Shown piece after piece: positions 18,045 to 28,047 of a DNA stretch of 37,021 bases. This DNA is from Polyangiaceae bacterium. GTDB taxonomy: Bacteria > Myxococcota_A > Polyangia > Polyangiales > Polyangiaceae. How positions within the stretch are numbered: position 1 is the first letter of the stretch; the number at the start of each line of letters is the position of its first letter. Made by a program: the position numbers and the translations under genes. The notes below the pieces were generated by a model that ran no database searches, was not told the origin of the DNA, and saw nothing but the letters and a program-made list of their open reading frames with translations. The stretch covers positions 1 to 37,021 of the forward strand of contig CBDCTZ010000007.1 of NCBI GenBank assembly GCA_965222375.1, in the 5' to 3' direction.

Positions 18045-19133
18045 TCAACCCGCATGATCGGGTCCTTGGGATGTGTGGTTGCGATGGTAGGCGATCCGTT
18101 GCTCGCGGGCTCGGGCGAGGCCATCGCGCCGAGCGGCACGAACGGCGGCGCCTTGGCCTCGATGTTCTTGGTCGGGGGTGACGTAGCCGATTCCGGCGTG
18201 GAGCCGAACAGTGTTGTAGTGCTCTCGCTGGATCTCGAGCTCGACGCGGAGCACGTCGATGTCGGCGATCAGCTCCAGGTGGGGCTGCTCGACCTTGAGA
18301 TGCCCGAACAACGATTCGATCCAGGCTTGGTCGGTCGGGGTGCCGGGTCGTCCGAAGTGGGTGGCGAGCCAGCACAGCGCCATGAACTCCCTGGTCGATC
18401 CCGAGCTCATCTGCGGGCCGTTGTCTGACATCACCAACAACACCGGCACGTCCTCGCCGTCGGGATCCCACGGGACGCTGTCGGGGTTGCGTTCCTCGAT
18501 GAGCTCGTCGAGGCCCTCAGCCCGCAGCGCTCGGTGAAACACGGCCTGGACCTCGACGGAAGTCTCGTCGGCCGAGGTGATGTCGGCGATCCATTTCTTC
18601 GAGATCACATCCGAGATCAGCGTCGTCGCCGCCCCGGCAGCGCTCCAGTGGGTCGTGTCGTAGATCCAGATCCGGTTCGGCTTCTCCTCGACCCAGTCCG
18701 GCCACGGCTTGCGCTGCGACCGTCCTTCACGCTTCGGGCCGCGAAAGCGCAGCTCACGGCGCTCCAGGACCCGCCAGACCGTGGAGGGGTCGGCCCAGAA
18801 CCGGTTCAGCCACGAACCCCGGTGGGCGAGCTTGCGGTGCGAGCGGTCGATGTCGCTCCACTCGTTGAACACCGCGACGATCTCGTTCTCCTCGGCGGGG
18901 GTCAGCCCATGCACGGGGTTCCCGCCCGGGGCGGCGTCGTCGAGGGTGGCGCCGTCGGCGACCCGACGGCGCCAGCGTTCGAGCCGTCGCTGGGACAGCT
19001 CGAGATAGCGACATGCGCGACGGGTGGTCCACCCGCCGGCCTCCGCCTCGGTGACCAGGTCGAGGAGCGCTGTCTTGGTGGCCGCGGGAACCCGGCGTGG
19101 GACCCGGCCACTCAGTCCCAAGGCTCTTTTCCC
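18045..19133 (-). CDS. IS OrfB, DDE (rve) transposase domain
   Basis: WIYDTT, SDNGPQM, QAWIESLFGHLKVE; slippery G-GGA-AAA at 19133-19127 would fuse it to OrfA. Confidence 0.85.
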   Translation of the reverse strand, partial: GKRALGLSGRVPRRVPAATKTALLDLVTEAEAGGWTTRRACRYLELSQRRLERWRRRVADGATLDDAAPGGNPVHGLTPAEENEIVAVFNEWSDIDRSHRKLAHRGSWLNRFWADPSTVWRVLERRELRFRGPKREGRSQRKPWPDWVEEKPNRIWIYDTTHWSAAGAATTLISDVISKKWIADITSADETSVEVQAVFHRALRAEGLDELIEERNPDSVPWDPDGEDVPVLLVMSDNGPQMSSGSTREFMALCWLATHFGRPGTPTDQAWIESLFGHLKVEQPHLELIADIDVLRVELEIQREHYNTVRLHAGIGYVTPDQEHRGQGAAVRAARRDGLARAREQRIAYHRNHTSQGPDHAG

Positions 19134-19438
19134 TCCGCAAGGGTGAGCCGCACCGCCATCTCCGCCAGCGCTGTTCGGAGCCGTTCGACCTCGGCCCGGG
19201 CGGCCTCCAGCTCGTGATCCCGCTCCTTGCCGCGCCGGCCCGGCCGGGACTGGGCCAGCGCGTCGAGCGCACCCTGGCGGGCCACCGTCTTGAGCTTCGC
19301 GATCGTCGACCGATCGACGCGGGCGCGTTCGGCCGCTTCGCTCACCGTGGTCTCGCCACGCACGAGCTGCATCCAGATCTCGAACTTCTCCTGCGGTGCC
19401 AGAAACCGCTTCTTCTTCCTGCCAGGCTGGGTACTCAA
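19112..19438 (-). CDS. IS OrfA, HTH + coiled coil
   Basis: GAGGAGG RBS; EKFEIW..LVRGETTVSEAAERARVDRST HTH. Confidence 0.85.
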   Translation of the reverse strand: MSTQPGRKKKRFLAPQEKFEIWMQLVRGETTVSEAAERARVDRSTIAKLKTVARQGALDALAQSRPGRRGKERDHELEAARAEVERLRTALAEMAVRLTLAEGKEPWD

Positions 19439-19686
19439 CGGGCCTCCTCAAGGCTCGGTCGAGAACCCTCCCATGCTGGCTGATTCCAACCGCGATCAGC
19501 GACACAAAGTCAGCCCCACCGCCGCCATTGACTGTCGACCCGCCCAGGGCCGCACCTGCCGTTGGTCTTCACCGCCTCTCTTCCGAGCCACGACCGGCCC
19601 GTCCTGCCGCTCGATCGGATGTCGTCAGTGGCCTGCGACACGGTGAACGGTCGCCCAGCACTGAGTACCCGCCGTACGCCTTCACG

Positions 19687-19905
19687 ATGCGGGACACACC
19701 GCCCCGCTCGACGCCTGTCCTGATCGCCGGTGCTTGGTGGTTCTCGCTGCCCCTGGCGATGATAATCGCCGCCGCCGTCCTAATGGCGACCGACGCTGGC
19801 GATCCGACTGCGATGTTGGCGCGGGTGTTCGGGCTGCACGTCATCGCCTCGGTCTGGGTCGGAACGCTTCCCGCTCGCCGCCGGCACCGGAGAGCAGGAC
19901 AGTGA
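19687..19905 (+). CDS. Small two-TM membrane protein (Spd-like candidate)
   Basis: Two hydrophobic segments in 72 aa within the transfer operon. Confidence 0.5.
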   Translation: MRDTPPRSTPVLIAGAWWFSLPLAMIIAAAVLMATDAGDPTAMLARVFGLHVIASVWVGTLPARRRHRRAGQ

Positions 19906-20086
19906 CCGCTATCGCCTCTGCTGATCTCATGGCCGGCGACCGGGCGGCCCGGAGGGCCGACGAGGGAGCCGGCCCACGGGCGGGTACTCGAACCCCCCAC
20001 TCCCCCGCCTCTCTTCGAATCACCGAGCCAGGGGCAGGCCTTGGTAACGGGGAAACACGACTGCCGCACGAACGAAAGGACACTGC

Positions 20087-21457
20087 GTGAGCACAGCGCT
20101 CATCGGACTTCTTGGTAACGCCGATCCGAAACTTGCCTGCGACGTCGCGGACCGCCTCCGGAGCCGGCGCCACGCGGCGCAAGTGCTTCGCCGCTTCAAC
20201 CGGCGCCTACTGGCCAGCGACGACGACCTGTGCTCGATCGCCCGCTGCGGGAACGCCCTCGGCGCGGATGTCCTGATGCGTCAGTCCCCATCGGGCACCG
20301 TGCGGGCTGGTGGTGTGGCGACGTGCAAGAGCGTGTGGGGCTGCCTCGGCTGTGCCGCCCGACGACGAGCCCTGAAGTCAGCCATGGTCAAGTACTACGT
20401 CGACGCCCATCTGGCCGCCGGCAAGGGCGTGTCGTTCGGGTCGTTCACCCTGGCCCACTACGCCACCGACACCCTCCACGACCTGTTGGACGGCCTACGC
20501 AAGGCGTTCACCGACATGCGCCACCTCAAGGTCTATCGAGACGCCGAACAGCGCTACGGGGTCGTTGGGTGGATCGCTGCCTTGGAGATCACCGACGGCG
20601 CCAACGGCTGGCACCCCCACCTGCATGTGCTGTTCTTCCACGAGGAATTTCTCGAGGTCGAGTACGGGGGCAACGCCGGGCTGAAAGCAGGACTTCATGA
20701 GTCGTTCTCCCGGCAGATCGACCGGCACCTTGGCCGCCAGGTCCACCAGATACATGGCGTCGACCTCGTCCCAGTGAAGACCGCCGGGGGCGACGACGCA
20801 GCGATGGCCAAGTACTTGGGGAAGATCCAGTTGGAGATGACCCGCCAAGACCTCAAGACCGGCAGGGGCCGGTCGCGCTCCCCGTGGCAGATCGGTCTCG
20901 ACGCCTCCGAAACCGGCTGTGCTCGGGATGCGGCCCGGTGGTGTGAGTACCTGCGAGCGACCAAGGGCCGCAACGTCGTGACCATGGGCGGCCACCTGAA
21001 AGACATCTACGGCGAGCCCACCGATGAGGATCTCGACGAACTGCTCGGATGGCAGGAACAGATGGACGACCAAACCGACGACAACGACGACCAGGACACA
21101 GTCGACATCGCCTCGATCGCCGCCGACGTGTGGACCGACCTGATCAACCACCGCGGCCCAGACACAGCTCGATCGGCCTCAGCCCATGCCATGACCGTCC
21201 TGGAGAACGACGGGCCCGACGCCATGGCCGCAGCTGTCGCCTGTGACCTCGGCCGGCCCATCGAGGTCGTCGCCCATCCAGTCAGCGGGCTCCCGCACCT
21301 CCAGTACGCCGACCCAAACGACCGCCGAGCGAAGAAACGGGAACGCCAGATCGTGGACGACGTCGACCGAGACCACGTCGACCTCGACACTCTCGGCCCC
21401 GCAGCACGGGCCTGGGCCGGCGCCCGAGAACGAGCACACGAAAGGAACCAACCATGA
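20087..21457 (+). CDS. rep: HUH rolling-circle replication initiator (Rep_1/pIJ101-like)
   Basis: CKSVWGCLGC, SFTLAH, LEITDGANGWHPHLHVL (HUH), AKYLGK (catalytic Tyr), RSPWQI. Confidence 0.92.
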   Translation: MSTALIGLLGNADPKLACDVADRLRSRRHAAQVLRRFNRRLLASDDDLCSIARCGNALGADVLMRQSPSGTVRAGGVATCKSVWGCLGCAARRRALKSAMVKYYVDAHLAAGKGVSFGSFTLAHYATDTLHDLLDGLRKAFTDMRHLKVYRDAEQRYGVVGWIAALEITDGANGWHPHLHVLFFHEEFLEVEYGGNAGLKAGLHESFSRQIDRHLGRQVHQIHGVDLVPVKTAGGDDAAMAKYLGKIQLEMTRQDLKTGRGRSRSPWQIGLDASETGCARDAARWCEYLRATKGRNVVTMGGHLKDIYGEPTDEDLDELLGWQEQMDDQTDDNDDQDTVDIASIAADVWTDLINHRGPDTARSASAHAMTVLENDGPDAMAAAVACDLGRPIEVVAHPVSGLPHLQYADPNDRRAKKRERQIVDDVDRDHVDLDTLGPAARAWAGARERAHERNQP

Positions 21458-21532
21458 CCACCACCGAGCTTCATCAGCTCTTCGTTGAACTGAACTGCGG
21501 AGAGACCCGATCACTCGCGGAAGGGAGGTGAC

Positions 21533-21715
21533 ATGAGCAACCAACGACTGACCGTCACGGTCACCGAGGCCGCCGACCTACTCGGCATCAGCCGGGGCAT
21601 GGCGTATGAGTGTGTCCGGACCGGTGAGATTCCCTCCGTGCGGCTCCGAGGCCGGATTCTCGTTCCGAGGCATCGGCTCGACGAGCTCTTGGGCGGCGAT
21701 GGCGAAGCTGCGTAG
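21533..21715 (+). CDS. xis: Excisionase (HTH_17-like)
   Basis: TVTEAADLLGISRGMAYECVRTGEIPSVRLRGRILVP; GGAGG RBS; overlaps integrase start. Confidence 0.9.
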   Translation: MSNQRLTVTVTEAADLLGISRGMAYECVRTGEIPSVRLRGRILVPRHRLDELLGGDGEAA

Positions 21716-22865
21716 AGCGCCCGGGATGCGAGAGCGGGCTCCTGGGGCCTGGGAGCTGATCGTCGAAGGGCCCCGGGACCCGGTCACGGGAAAGCGTCGC
21801 CAGGTGAGTCGGATGTTCCACGGCTCGGTCCGCGAGGCCAAGGCCGCTCGGGCCGAGCTGGTCGTCGAGGTGAAGCGAGGTCGCCACTCGGGGATTGCTG
21901 GGACGGTCGACGAGCTGTTTGGAGAGTGGATCGTCGAGCTTGAGCGCAAGGGTCGAGCACCGAACACGATCCGGAGCTACGAGAACATGTACCGACGGAA
22001 CATTCAACCGACGTTGGGCGGCAAGGCGCTTCGATCGGTCACGACCAAGATGCTCACGGATCTGTACGGGGCGCACCAGGACCGGGGGATGAAGCCGACC
22101 ACGGTCCGGAAGATCCACGCCACGGTTTCATCGATGATGACGCAGGCCTGCCGATGGGGCTGGCTGGGCGTCAACCCTGCACAGTGGGCCGACCCGCCGC
22201 CGCTGTCCAGGGATGCCCCGGTGGTGCCGACACCTGACGAGCTGGGGCGCCTCGTCGCCGAGGCCGATCGATCACGGCGGCCGGAGTATGCACGTCTGAT
22301 CTTCGTGGCGGCCACCACCGGCATGCGCCGGGGTGAGCTGCTGGCTCTCCGCAGGACCGACGTCGACGCCGACCGAGGCGTGATCGTGGTCGCTCGAAGC
22401 TTGACCGACCTGAGCCATCGGCCGGTCACGGAGGGCCCGACCAAGAACCGTCGGCGTCGGACGGTGGCCATCGACCGTCGCACGCTCGGTGCCCTCGACG
22501 CACAGGTGGCGATGATGACCGACCGGGCGTCGGTACTCGATCGAGACCTTGCGCGTGACGCCTTCTACTTCTCCGATGCAGCCGATGGGTTGGAGCCGTG
22601 GCGGCCGATGTCGGTCACTCGCTACTTCGGCCGGCTCCGCTCGCGGCTCAGGTTGGAGCACCTGACCTTTCAGTCGCTCCGCCGATTCATGGACACCTAC
22701 GGGCAAGACCTCGGATTCTCTGCGGCTCAAGTGGCGCTTCGGGCCGGCCACGACCCGGCGGTGGCGAGTTCGTTCTACACGGGGAATGTGGCTGAGGCCG
22801 ACCGCCGGCTCGCCGACGCTGTCGCTGAGCTGCTCCCGCCCGTCGATTGGACGGGGAATCAGTGA
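21699..22865 (+). CDS. int: Tyrosine recombinase/integrase
   Basis: N-terminal DPVTGKRRQ arm-binding region, TGMRRGELLAL, PTKN, QSLRR, AGH, FY; ATG at 21699. Confidence 0.93.
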   Translation: MAKLRRAPGMRERAPGAWELIVEGPRDPVTGKRRQVSRMFHGSVREAKAARAELVVEVKRGRHSGIAGTVDELFGEWIVELERKGRAPNTIRSYENMYRRNIQPTLGGKALRSVTTKMLTDLYGAHQDRGMKPTTVRKIHATVSSMMTQACRWGWLGVNPAQWADPPPLSRDAPVVPTPDELGRLVAEADRSRRPEYARLIFVAATTGMRRGELLALRRTDVDADRGVIVVARSLTDLSHRPVTEGPTKNRRRRTVAIDRRTLGALDAQVAMMTDRASVLDRDLARDAFYFSDAADGLEPWRPMSVTRYFGRLRSRLRLEHLTFQSLRRFMDTYGQDLGFSAAQVALRAGHDPAVASSFYTGNVAEADRRLADAVAELLPPVDWTGNQ

Positions 22866-22936
22866 TCCAATGTCGGGTCGATGTTGGATTCTCCGCCCTC
22901 GAAGCCCCGACTTCGTTCGTCCAAGCGCGTTTCTCC

Positions 22937-24312
22937 GGCGCCCGCGCGCCTTTCGTGGGTTGGGGGTGAGGCCATCCGCGAGCGCACGCCGCTCTGTTCC
23001 TAGGGTTTCCGGCTGTTGAGACTGGACTCCCTGGGGAGAGCGACGTGCGCATGTCGACGGTACTACGGATGCTGCTCGGCTTGTGTCGGGCCACGGTGAT
23101 CACGGGGTGGACGCTGGACCGCTCGGGGCACCGCCTGACGCTGGTGGTCTGGGTTCGGTGCCGGGCTGATACCCCGGGGCGGTGTGGGCGTTGCGGGCAG
23201 CGAGCTTCCGGCTATGACCAGGGCGACGGGGCCCGGCGGTGGCGTCACGTCGATCTTGGCTTCAGCCGCTGTGATATCGAAGGCCCCGCACCTCGAGTGA
23301 ACTGCACAGCGTGTGGACCGACGGTGGCAGCGGTGCCGTGGGCCCGCCACGACACCGCGTTCAGCCGGGCGTTCGAAGACGTCGTGGTCCATGACGCCAT
23401 CCGGTCGAACAAGGCCAGCGCCGCCCGCCGGTACGGGTTGACCTGGCGGGCTGTTGACGGCATGTGCACCAGGTTGCTGGCCGAAGCCATGGACCGAGTC
23501 GATCTGCTCGAAGGGCTGATCGCGGTGGCCATCGATGAGGTGAAATCGAAGAAGGGGCAGCGCTACCTGACCGTCGTGTCGGACCCGTTCTCCGGGCGGG
23601 TGGTGTGGGTCACCGAGGGCCGCTCGAAGGCCACCGTCACCGCCTTCTTCGACGCCCTGGGCCCGGAGCGGGCCGCTCGCCTGGAGATAGTAACCACCGA
23701 TGGGGCCGAATGGATCCGGACCGTGGTCGCTACCCGGGCCCCGAACGCGGAGATCTGCCTCGACACATTTCACGTGATGCAGTGGGCCACCAAAGCCTTG
23801 GACGAGGTCCGCCGAGACCTCTGGCGCCGCCTCAAGGGCAAGGCCGCAGCCAAGCCGGTCAAAGGACTACGGTGGCTCCTGCTGCGGAACTGGGCCAACC
23901 TCACCGTCGCCCAGCGGACCACCATCCGCGAGTTGGAGACCACCAACCGACGCCTGTTCCGAGCCTGGCTACTGAAAGAGGAACTGGCTGACATCTTCCG
24001 GATGCCGATCCGCCAGGCCCGCCGAGCCCTCGACGACTGGATCTACTACGCCTCGAGGTCCCGCCTCGAACCATTCGTGAAGCTGGCCCGCACCATCCGA
24101 CACTACCGAGACTCGATCGAGGCCACCATCGAATGGGGCTTCACCAACGGCATCGCCGAAGCCAACAACTCCGTCATCGGCCGCATCCGCCGCAACGCCA
24201 ACGGCTTCCACAACCCAGCCGCCTTCATCACCATGATCATGCTCGACCGAGGAGGCCTCGGCCCCGTCCTCCCCTGGACCCCATAACCACCCACGGCAGG
24301 CGCAGTTGGCCC
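22937..24312 (+). mobile_element. ISL3-family insertion sequence
   Basis: GG..CC ends, imperfect 24-bp IR, 8-bp DR gtttctcc (22929-22936 / 24313-24320). Confidence 0.9.
23045..24286 (+). CDS. ISL3-family transposase
   Basis: CGRCG and CTACG zinc finger, AVAIDE, LDTFHVMQW, TNGIAEANN. Confidence 0.93.
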   Translation: MRMSTVLRMLLGLCRATVITGWTLDRSGHRLTLVVWVRCRADTPGRCGRCGQRASGYDQGDGARRWRHVDLGFSRCDIEGPAPRVNCTACGPTVAAVPWARHDTAFSRAFEDVVVHDAIRSNKASAARRYGLTWRAVDGMCTRLLAEAMDRVDLLEGLIAVAIDEVKSKKGQRYLTVVSDPFSGRVVWVTEGRSKATVTAFFDALGPERAARLEIVTTDGAEWIRTVVATRAPNAEICLDTFHVMQWATKALDEVRRDLWRRLKGKAAAKPVKGLRWLLLRNWANLTVAQRTTIRELETTNRRLFRAWLLKEELADIFRMPIRQARRALDDWIYYASRSRLEPFVKLARTIRHYRDSIEATIEWGFTNGIAEANNSVIGRIRRNANGFHNPAAFITMIMLDRGGLGPVLPWTP

Positions 24313-24779
24313 GTTTCTCCGTTCACCGCTGGCGCCCTGCCGTCATTTCCGAGCGCTCGATCCACCCCAGTTCGATGCCAGTTGTCGCTCGACGGCGGGA
24401 GACTGTTGTCCGAGCAGGATGCGGGCCGTCCTGAGCATCGCCGGTGCCAGGACGGTCAGAATGCCGTCGAGCTACTACGGCGAACCGCTAACAGGGTCGA
24501 ACGGACTCCGAGGGGTGTTTGCTGGTGCATATCCCCCGAATTGCCTCTCTCGCTGAGCTCTCCGTATCCGACGGGGTGACTAGTCGACTAACCAATGAAT
24601 GTCTACAGAAGATTCCGCAGACGTTAGCTGCTAGCTGAGCTAAAAGTGTACTTACTCGCGGAGTGAGCAATGCCGTGGCGCCGAGCGGGTTTCTCTCACA
24701 ACCAGCGCCTAGACCCTGTTCTCAGCTGCTGGAGCCTCGGCGCGCTGCTAGATCCATTGTGATCGGAAGGAATCTGGAC

Positions 24780-26384
24780 ATGGATGTACGAGATCTGATG
24801 GGCGTGGTCGTCGACGAGCTCCATGCCGGACTGACAGGAGGATCGGCTGAACTCCCGCTTCCGCCCAAGACTACTATCAACTGGGTTCTCCCTGGTATTC
24901 CACTACACGAGAGCTTCTTCGATTTTGCCATCGCGGGTCCCTACGCCGGTCCTACACCGGCCAACCTCGACGATTTCGAGGAATTGATGCACACCATCGC
25001 TCAGCAAGGCGCGGACGGGAACGGAGGAGGAGACGGCGCAAGTGGGGCGGCAATCGATCGAGCCCAGGTGCTGGAGGAGGCGAAGCGTATGTATCAGCAG
25101 CATCTCCTCGGCTCGTGGGAGCAATGGTCTCGGCTCGTTGATTTCATTCCGCTAATCAATATGACTGAGGCACAGATGTCATGGTCAGCCACCGACGACC
25201 AGGGTTCGCAGGGCCACAAGGGCGTGGTCTACGGCCAGGCGGGCCAGACGCTGAGTCAGGTCTACTCTGACACGCTTGACCGCTGCCTAGTTGCCGACGA
25301 GCCACTTACGGCCAAGCAAGAGGAGATCGTCGAGCGGATGAAGAAGCTGCTCCAGATCGAAGTCGAGCGTGAAGACTTCCTAACCGGAGAGACTCGAACC
25401 GAGGTGGTCGACAGCCCTGCGATGACGCTCTATAACGACAAGAAGCTCGTCTATGAGAACGCTGTCATCGACTATGCGTCACGCCTGGCCCGGGCCAACT
25501 CGGGCGACGCTGCTGACCTGATTGAGTGGAACCGCTCTGGCGGCGTATTCAGGGAACGGGCTCTTCAGGCCCGACGAGATTGGCAGGCTACCGGCAACAA
25601 GAACGCAATCGAGGAGGCGCAGTCGACGATCGCCCATATCACCGGCGGAAACATGGTGACCTGGAAGCAGGCGCTCCTAGACGGAGTCAAGGACATCCAG
25701 GACAACGTAATGGGAGCCTTCGGCTACCCGTTCTTTCCGGCCACGGTGCTGCCCGGCGCCTTCGCCCGCTCCGAAGGGTGGACCAGATACAGTCAACGCA
25801 ACCTGAAGCGGAGAGCAGAAAGCTCATCCTCCAGCCAATCGGGTGGAGCCTCGGTCGGCTTCTCTCTCGGCCTGTTCTCCGTCGGTGGCTCCGGTGGTGC
25901 CAGTCGTCAGGAGCAGTCGCTCAATATCGAGCAGGATGACTTCAGTATCGAATTCGAGTACACCCAGGTTGAGATTTCCCGCCCAGCCTTCAACCCAAAC
26001 TTCTTCCTGTCCCGGGGATGGAAGCCGCGGGACAGCTTCATCCGCGACTACGGAGCGATCCACTCTGACGGTGCAGACAAACCTAGCGGCGCCCTCATCG
26101 GCTATCCAACCAAGGCGCTCTTCGTCAGGAACCTTCGAATCACATCCCGCGAGCTGGCATCAGAGATGCGGACAAGGGAAAGCAGTATCCGTGGCGGTGG
26201 CGTGGTGGGAATCGGCCCCTTCATGATCGGCGGGCGCTACGCCCAACGAAGTCGCCAGAGCGAGAGCAACCTAGAGATCGACACCGCGGGAATCACCATA
26301 TGGGGCATGCAGCTCGTCGCCTTCCTGAGCGCACTGTTCCCGGCTTCTTCCAATCCTAGTCCAGACGTCGAGAATTGGAAATGA
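24780..26384 (+). CDS. Hypothetical protein, putative beta-pore-forming protein (paralog A)
   Basis: GGAAGG RBS; 534 aa; two Ser/Gly-rich amphipathic hairpin-like segments; C-terminal SNPSP..W. Function is inference. Confidence 0.8.
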   Translation: MDVRDLMGVVVDELHAGLTGGSAELPLPPKTTINWVLPGIPLHESFFDFAIAGPYAGPTPANLDDFEELMHTIAQQGADGNGGGDGASGAAIDRAQVLEEAKRMYQQHLLGSWEQWSRLVDFIPLINMTEAQMSWSATDDQGSQGHKGVVYGQAGQTLSQVYSDTLDRCLVADEPLTAKQEEIVERMKKLLQIEVEREDFLTGETRTEVVDSPAMTLYNDKKLVYENAVIDYASRLARANSGDAADLIEWNRSGGVFRERALQARRDWQATGNKNAIEEAQSTIAHITGGNMVTWKQALLDGVKDIQDNVMGAFGYPFFPATVLPGAFARSEGWTRYSQRNLKRRAESSSSSQSGGASVGFSLGLFSVGGSGGASRQEQSLNIEQDDFSIEFEYTQVEISRPAFNPNFFLSRGWKPRDSFIRDYGAIHSDGADKPSGALIGYPTKALFVRNLRITSRELASEMRTRESSIRGGGVVGIGPFMIGGRYAQRSRQSESNLEIDTAGITIWGMQLVAFLSALFPASSNPSPDVENWK

Positions 26385-26390
26385 GTAGGA

Positions 26391-28022
26391 ATGCAGCGAG
26401 GATTGAACATCGGTCTCGCGTCCTGGATCGATGCCAACAGCGGTAGCACCGATGGGATACCGGCGTTTCCCTTGAATCCGATCCCGTTTCAACTGCGACA
26501 CTTCGGCAAGATCAATACGCCCGAGGACGTCGTCCGTGCCGCCGAGCTGGCGCTGCTGGTCAATCGCACGGCCAGTCCCGGAGATTGGCGGCACCCCGCC
26601 GGCGGTTTGCCCGATTATCTGTGGCATCTACACAGGGACACCATCGCCGACATGATCACGGCCTTGTCGACCCTGACTGAGGCACAGCGGACGGCGCTGG
26701 CCCGAGCCGATGCCGTGCTTTTTCAGCCCGACGGTTTCACTATCAGCGACCGGTACGCCCTCTACAACGAGGCCCGACGCAATCACGAGGATCTTGTTCT
26801 GGCTGGAGCGCCGACTTCGGAGGTGACGGCTGCCTACCAGACCTGGGTCACAACTGGTCACAAGGCGACGGTGGAAGAGGCCTTGGCCATCAAGATGACC
26901 CTCAGCGATTCCACGTCTCGGTTGATAGCGGGTAACGACGTCACACGAATAGAGGTGGCCCTCGACACGGTCGGTAGCGACGTACCGTTCGTGCCAACGC
27001 TGTTCACGCCGGTGTCGGCAATGTCCACCGAACACTGGACCGAGGCCGAGGTCGACTTCCAGGCTCTGGAGGACGCAATCCCGACGACCTTGGCTCAGAC
27101 CGAGTGGCGCCGGTTTCGCGCGAACAAATCGGGCCACGTCCACTTCAGGTACGTTGTCGCCGAGCTGATCCGGGCGTGGTTCTCGCACGAGATCTACAGC
27201 GCTGACGATTGGCGTCTGCCCGACGACTCCGAAGAAGCCCAAAAATTAGTGGCCGACGGCTTGGGCACCGCCGGCCGTTTGCCTGCCTTCTACTCGCGAC
27301 TGTACCTGGCGCAAGTGCTCGATGTCCGACACACGACGGTTAAACCAGGCAACGTCTCGATGGGACCACACCATACTTCCATCCCGCCGGCCTTGGTCCC
27401 GTTGCACACAATCTCCCGTCGATCCCCGATTGCCACCGTCGCCACCATCAAGCCGGTCGGTCGGCCGAGTGGCACGCAACCACCGGACCGGCTGTCGACA
27501 GTCGGTCGCCCCGCTGTGAGCGTCGCTTCAACCGAACGAGTGAACGGCCGAAGGATCAGCCCGGCATCCCCTACCCCGCAAGGCCGACGAAAAATCGGGG
27601 TCGTGGTAATGCCCCGACCGCTGGCAGTGTCTGCGACAGGTCGCTTTAGCTCCACCGACCGCCTCAGCCCAGCCAATGCGCTGGCGGGCCGAACAGACCG
27701 CCTCGACTCCGCCAGGCCTAGCGCGAACAATCCTCTGGCGGTTCAGGCTGCCAATCCCGTGGCGACCACCCTTCCGACCTCTCGGCTCAAGCTCTCACCT
27801 CACTTCACCGTTGGTTCAGCGGGTCGTCTGGCCCGAGTCGAGATGCTCACCTCCGTCACCGCATCCAATCGGTTGAACTACGTGCAGGCTCAACTGACTG
27901 CGGCTGCGTCGGCGTCACCAGCTCCAGCCCCGCCGCCCGAGCGTCAGACCTACGTCGTCGGACTTGGTCGCACCAACCTGCCTCTCTGCCCGAACCCCAA
28001 CCCAAACCATCTATGGCCCTGA
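26391..28022 (+). CDS. Hypothetical protein (paralog B) with long low-complexity insertion
   Basis: 6 bp after paralog A; shared motifs FRYVVAELIRAWF..W, GRLPAFYSRLYL, CPNPNP..W. Confidence 0.8.
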   Translation: MQRGLNIGLASWIDANSGSTDGIPAFPLNPIPFQLRHFGKINTPEDVVRAAELALLVNRTASPGDWRHPAGGLPDYLWHLHRDTIADMITALSTLTEAQRTALARADAVLFQPDGFTISDRYALYNEARRNHEDLVLAGAPTSEVTAAYQTWVTTGHKATVEEALAIKMTLSDSTSRLIAGNDVTRIEVALDTVGSDVPFVPTLFTPVSAMSTEHWTEAEVDFQALEDAIPTTLAQTEWRRFRANKSGHVHFRYVVAELIRAWFSHEIYSADDWRLPDDSEEAQKLVADGLGTAGRLPAFYSRLYLAQVLDVRHTTVKPGNVSMGPHHTSIPPALVPLHTISRRSPIATVATIKPVGRPSGTQPPDRLSTVGRPAVSVASTERVNGRRISPASPTPQGRRKIGVVVMPRPLAVSATGRFSSTDRLSPANALAGRTDRLDSARPSANNPLAVQAANPVATTLPTSRLKLSPHFTVGSAGRLARVEMLTSVTASNRLNYVQAQLTAAASASPAPAPPPERQTYVVGLGRTNLPLCPNPNPNHLWP

Positions 28023-28047
28023 GCCCGACCTTTTAACGGAGATGCTC

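Larger units (their letters stand above)
18011..19518 (-). mobile_element. IS3-family-like insertion sequence
   Basis: TG..CA ends, 20-bp IR with 16 matches (tgtgtctgacttgatgtcgc / tggggctgactttgtgtcgc), 4-bp DR ccgc, orfA/orfB layout. Confidence 0.88.
17613..19646 (+). pseudogene. Hypothetical gene interrupted by IS3-like element
   Basis: Removing IS 18011-19518 and one ccgc copy rejoins ...HIDA-AAIDCRP... in frame to TGA at 19646. Confidence 0.6.

Noticed and set aside
18045..19505. Single 486-aa transposase ORF as in the ORF track
   Set aside because: The upstream part is off-frame to OrfA; an orfA/orfB frameshift arrangement fits better
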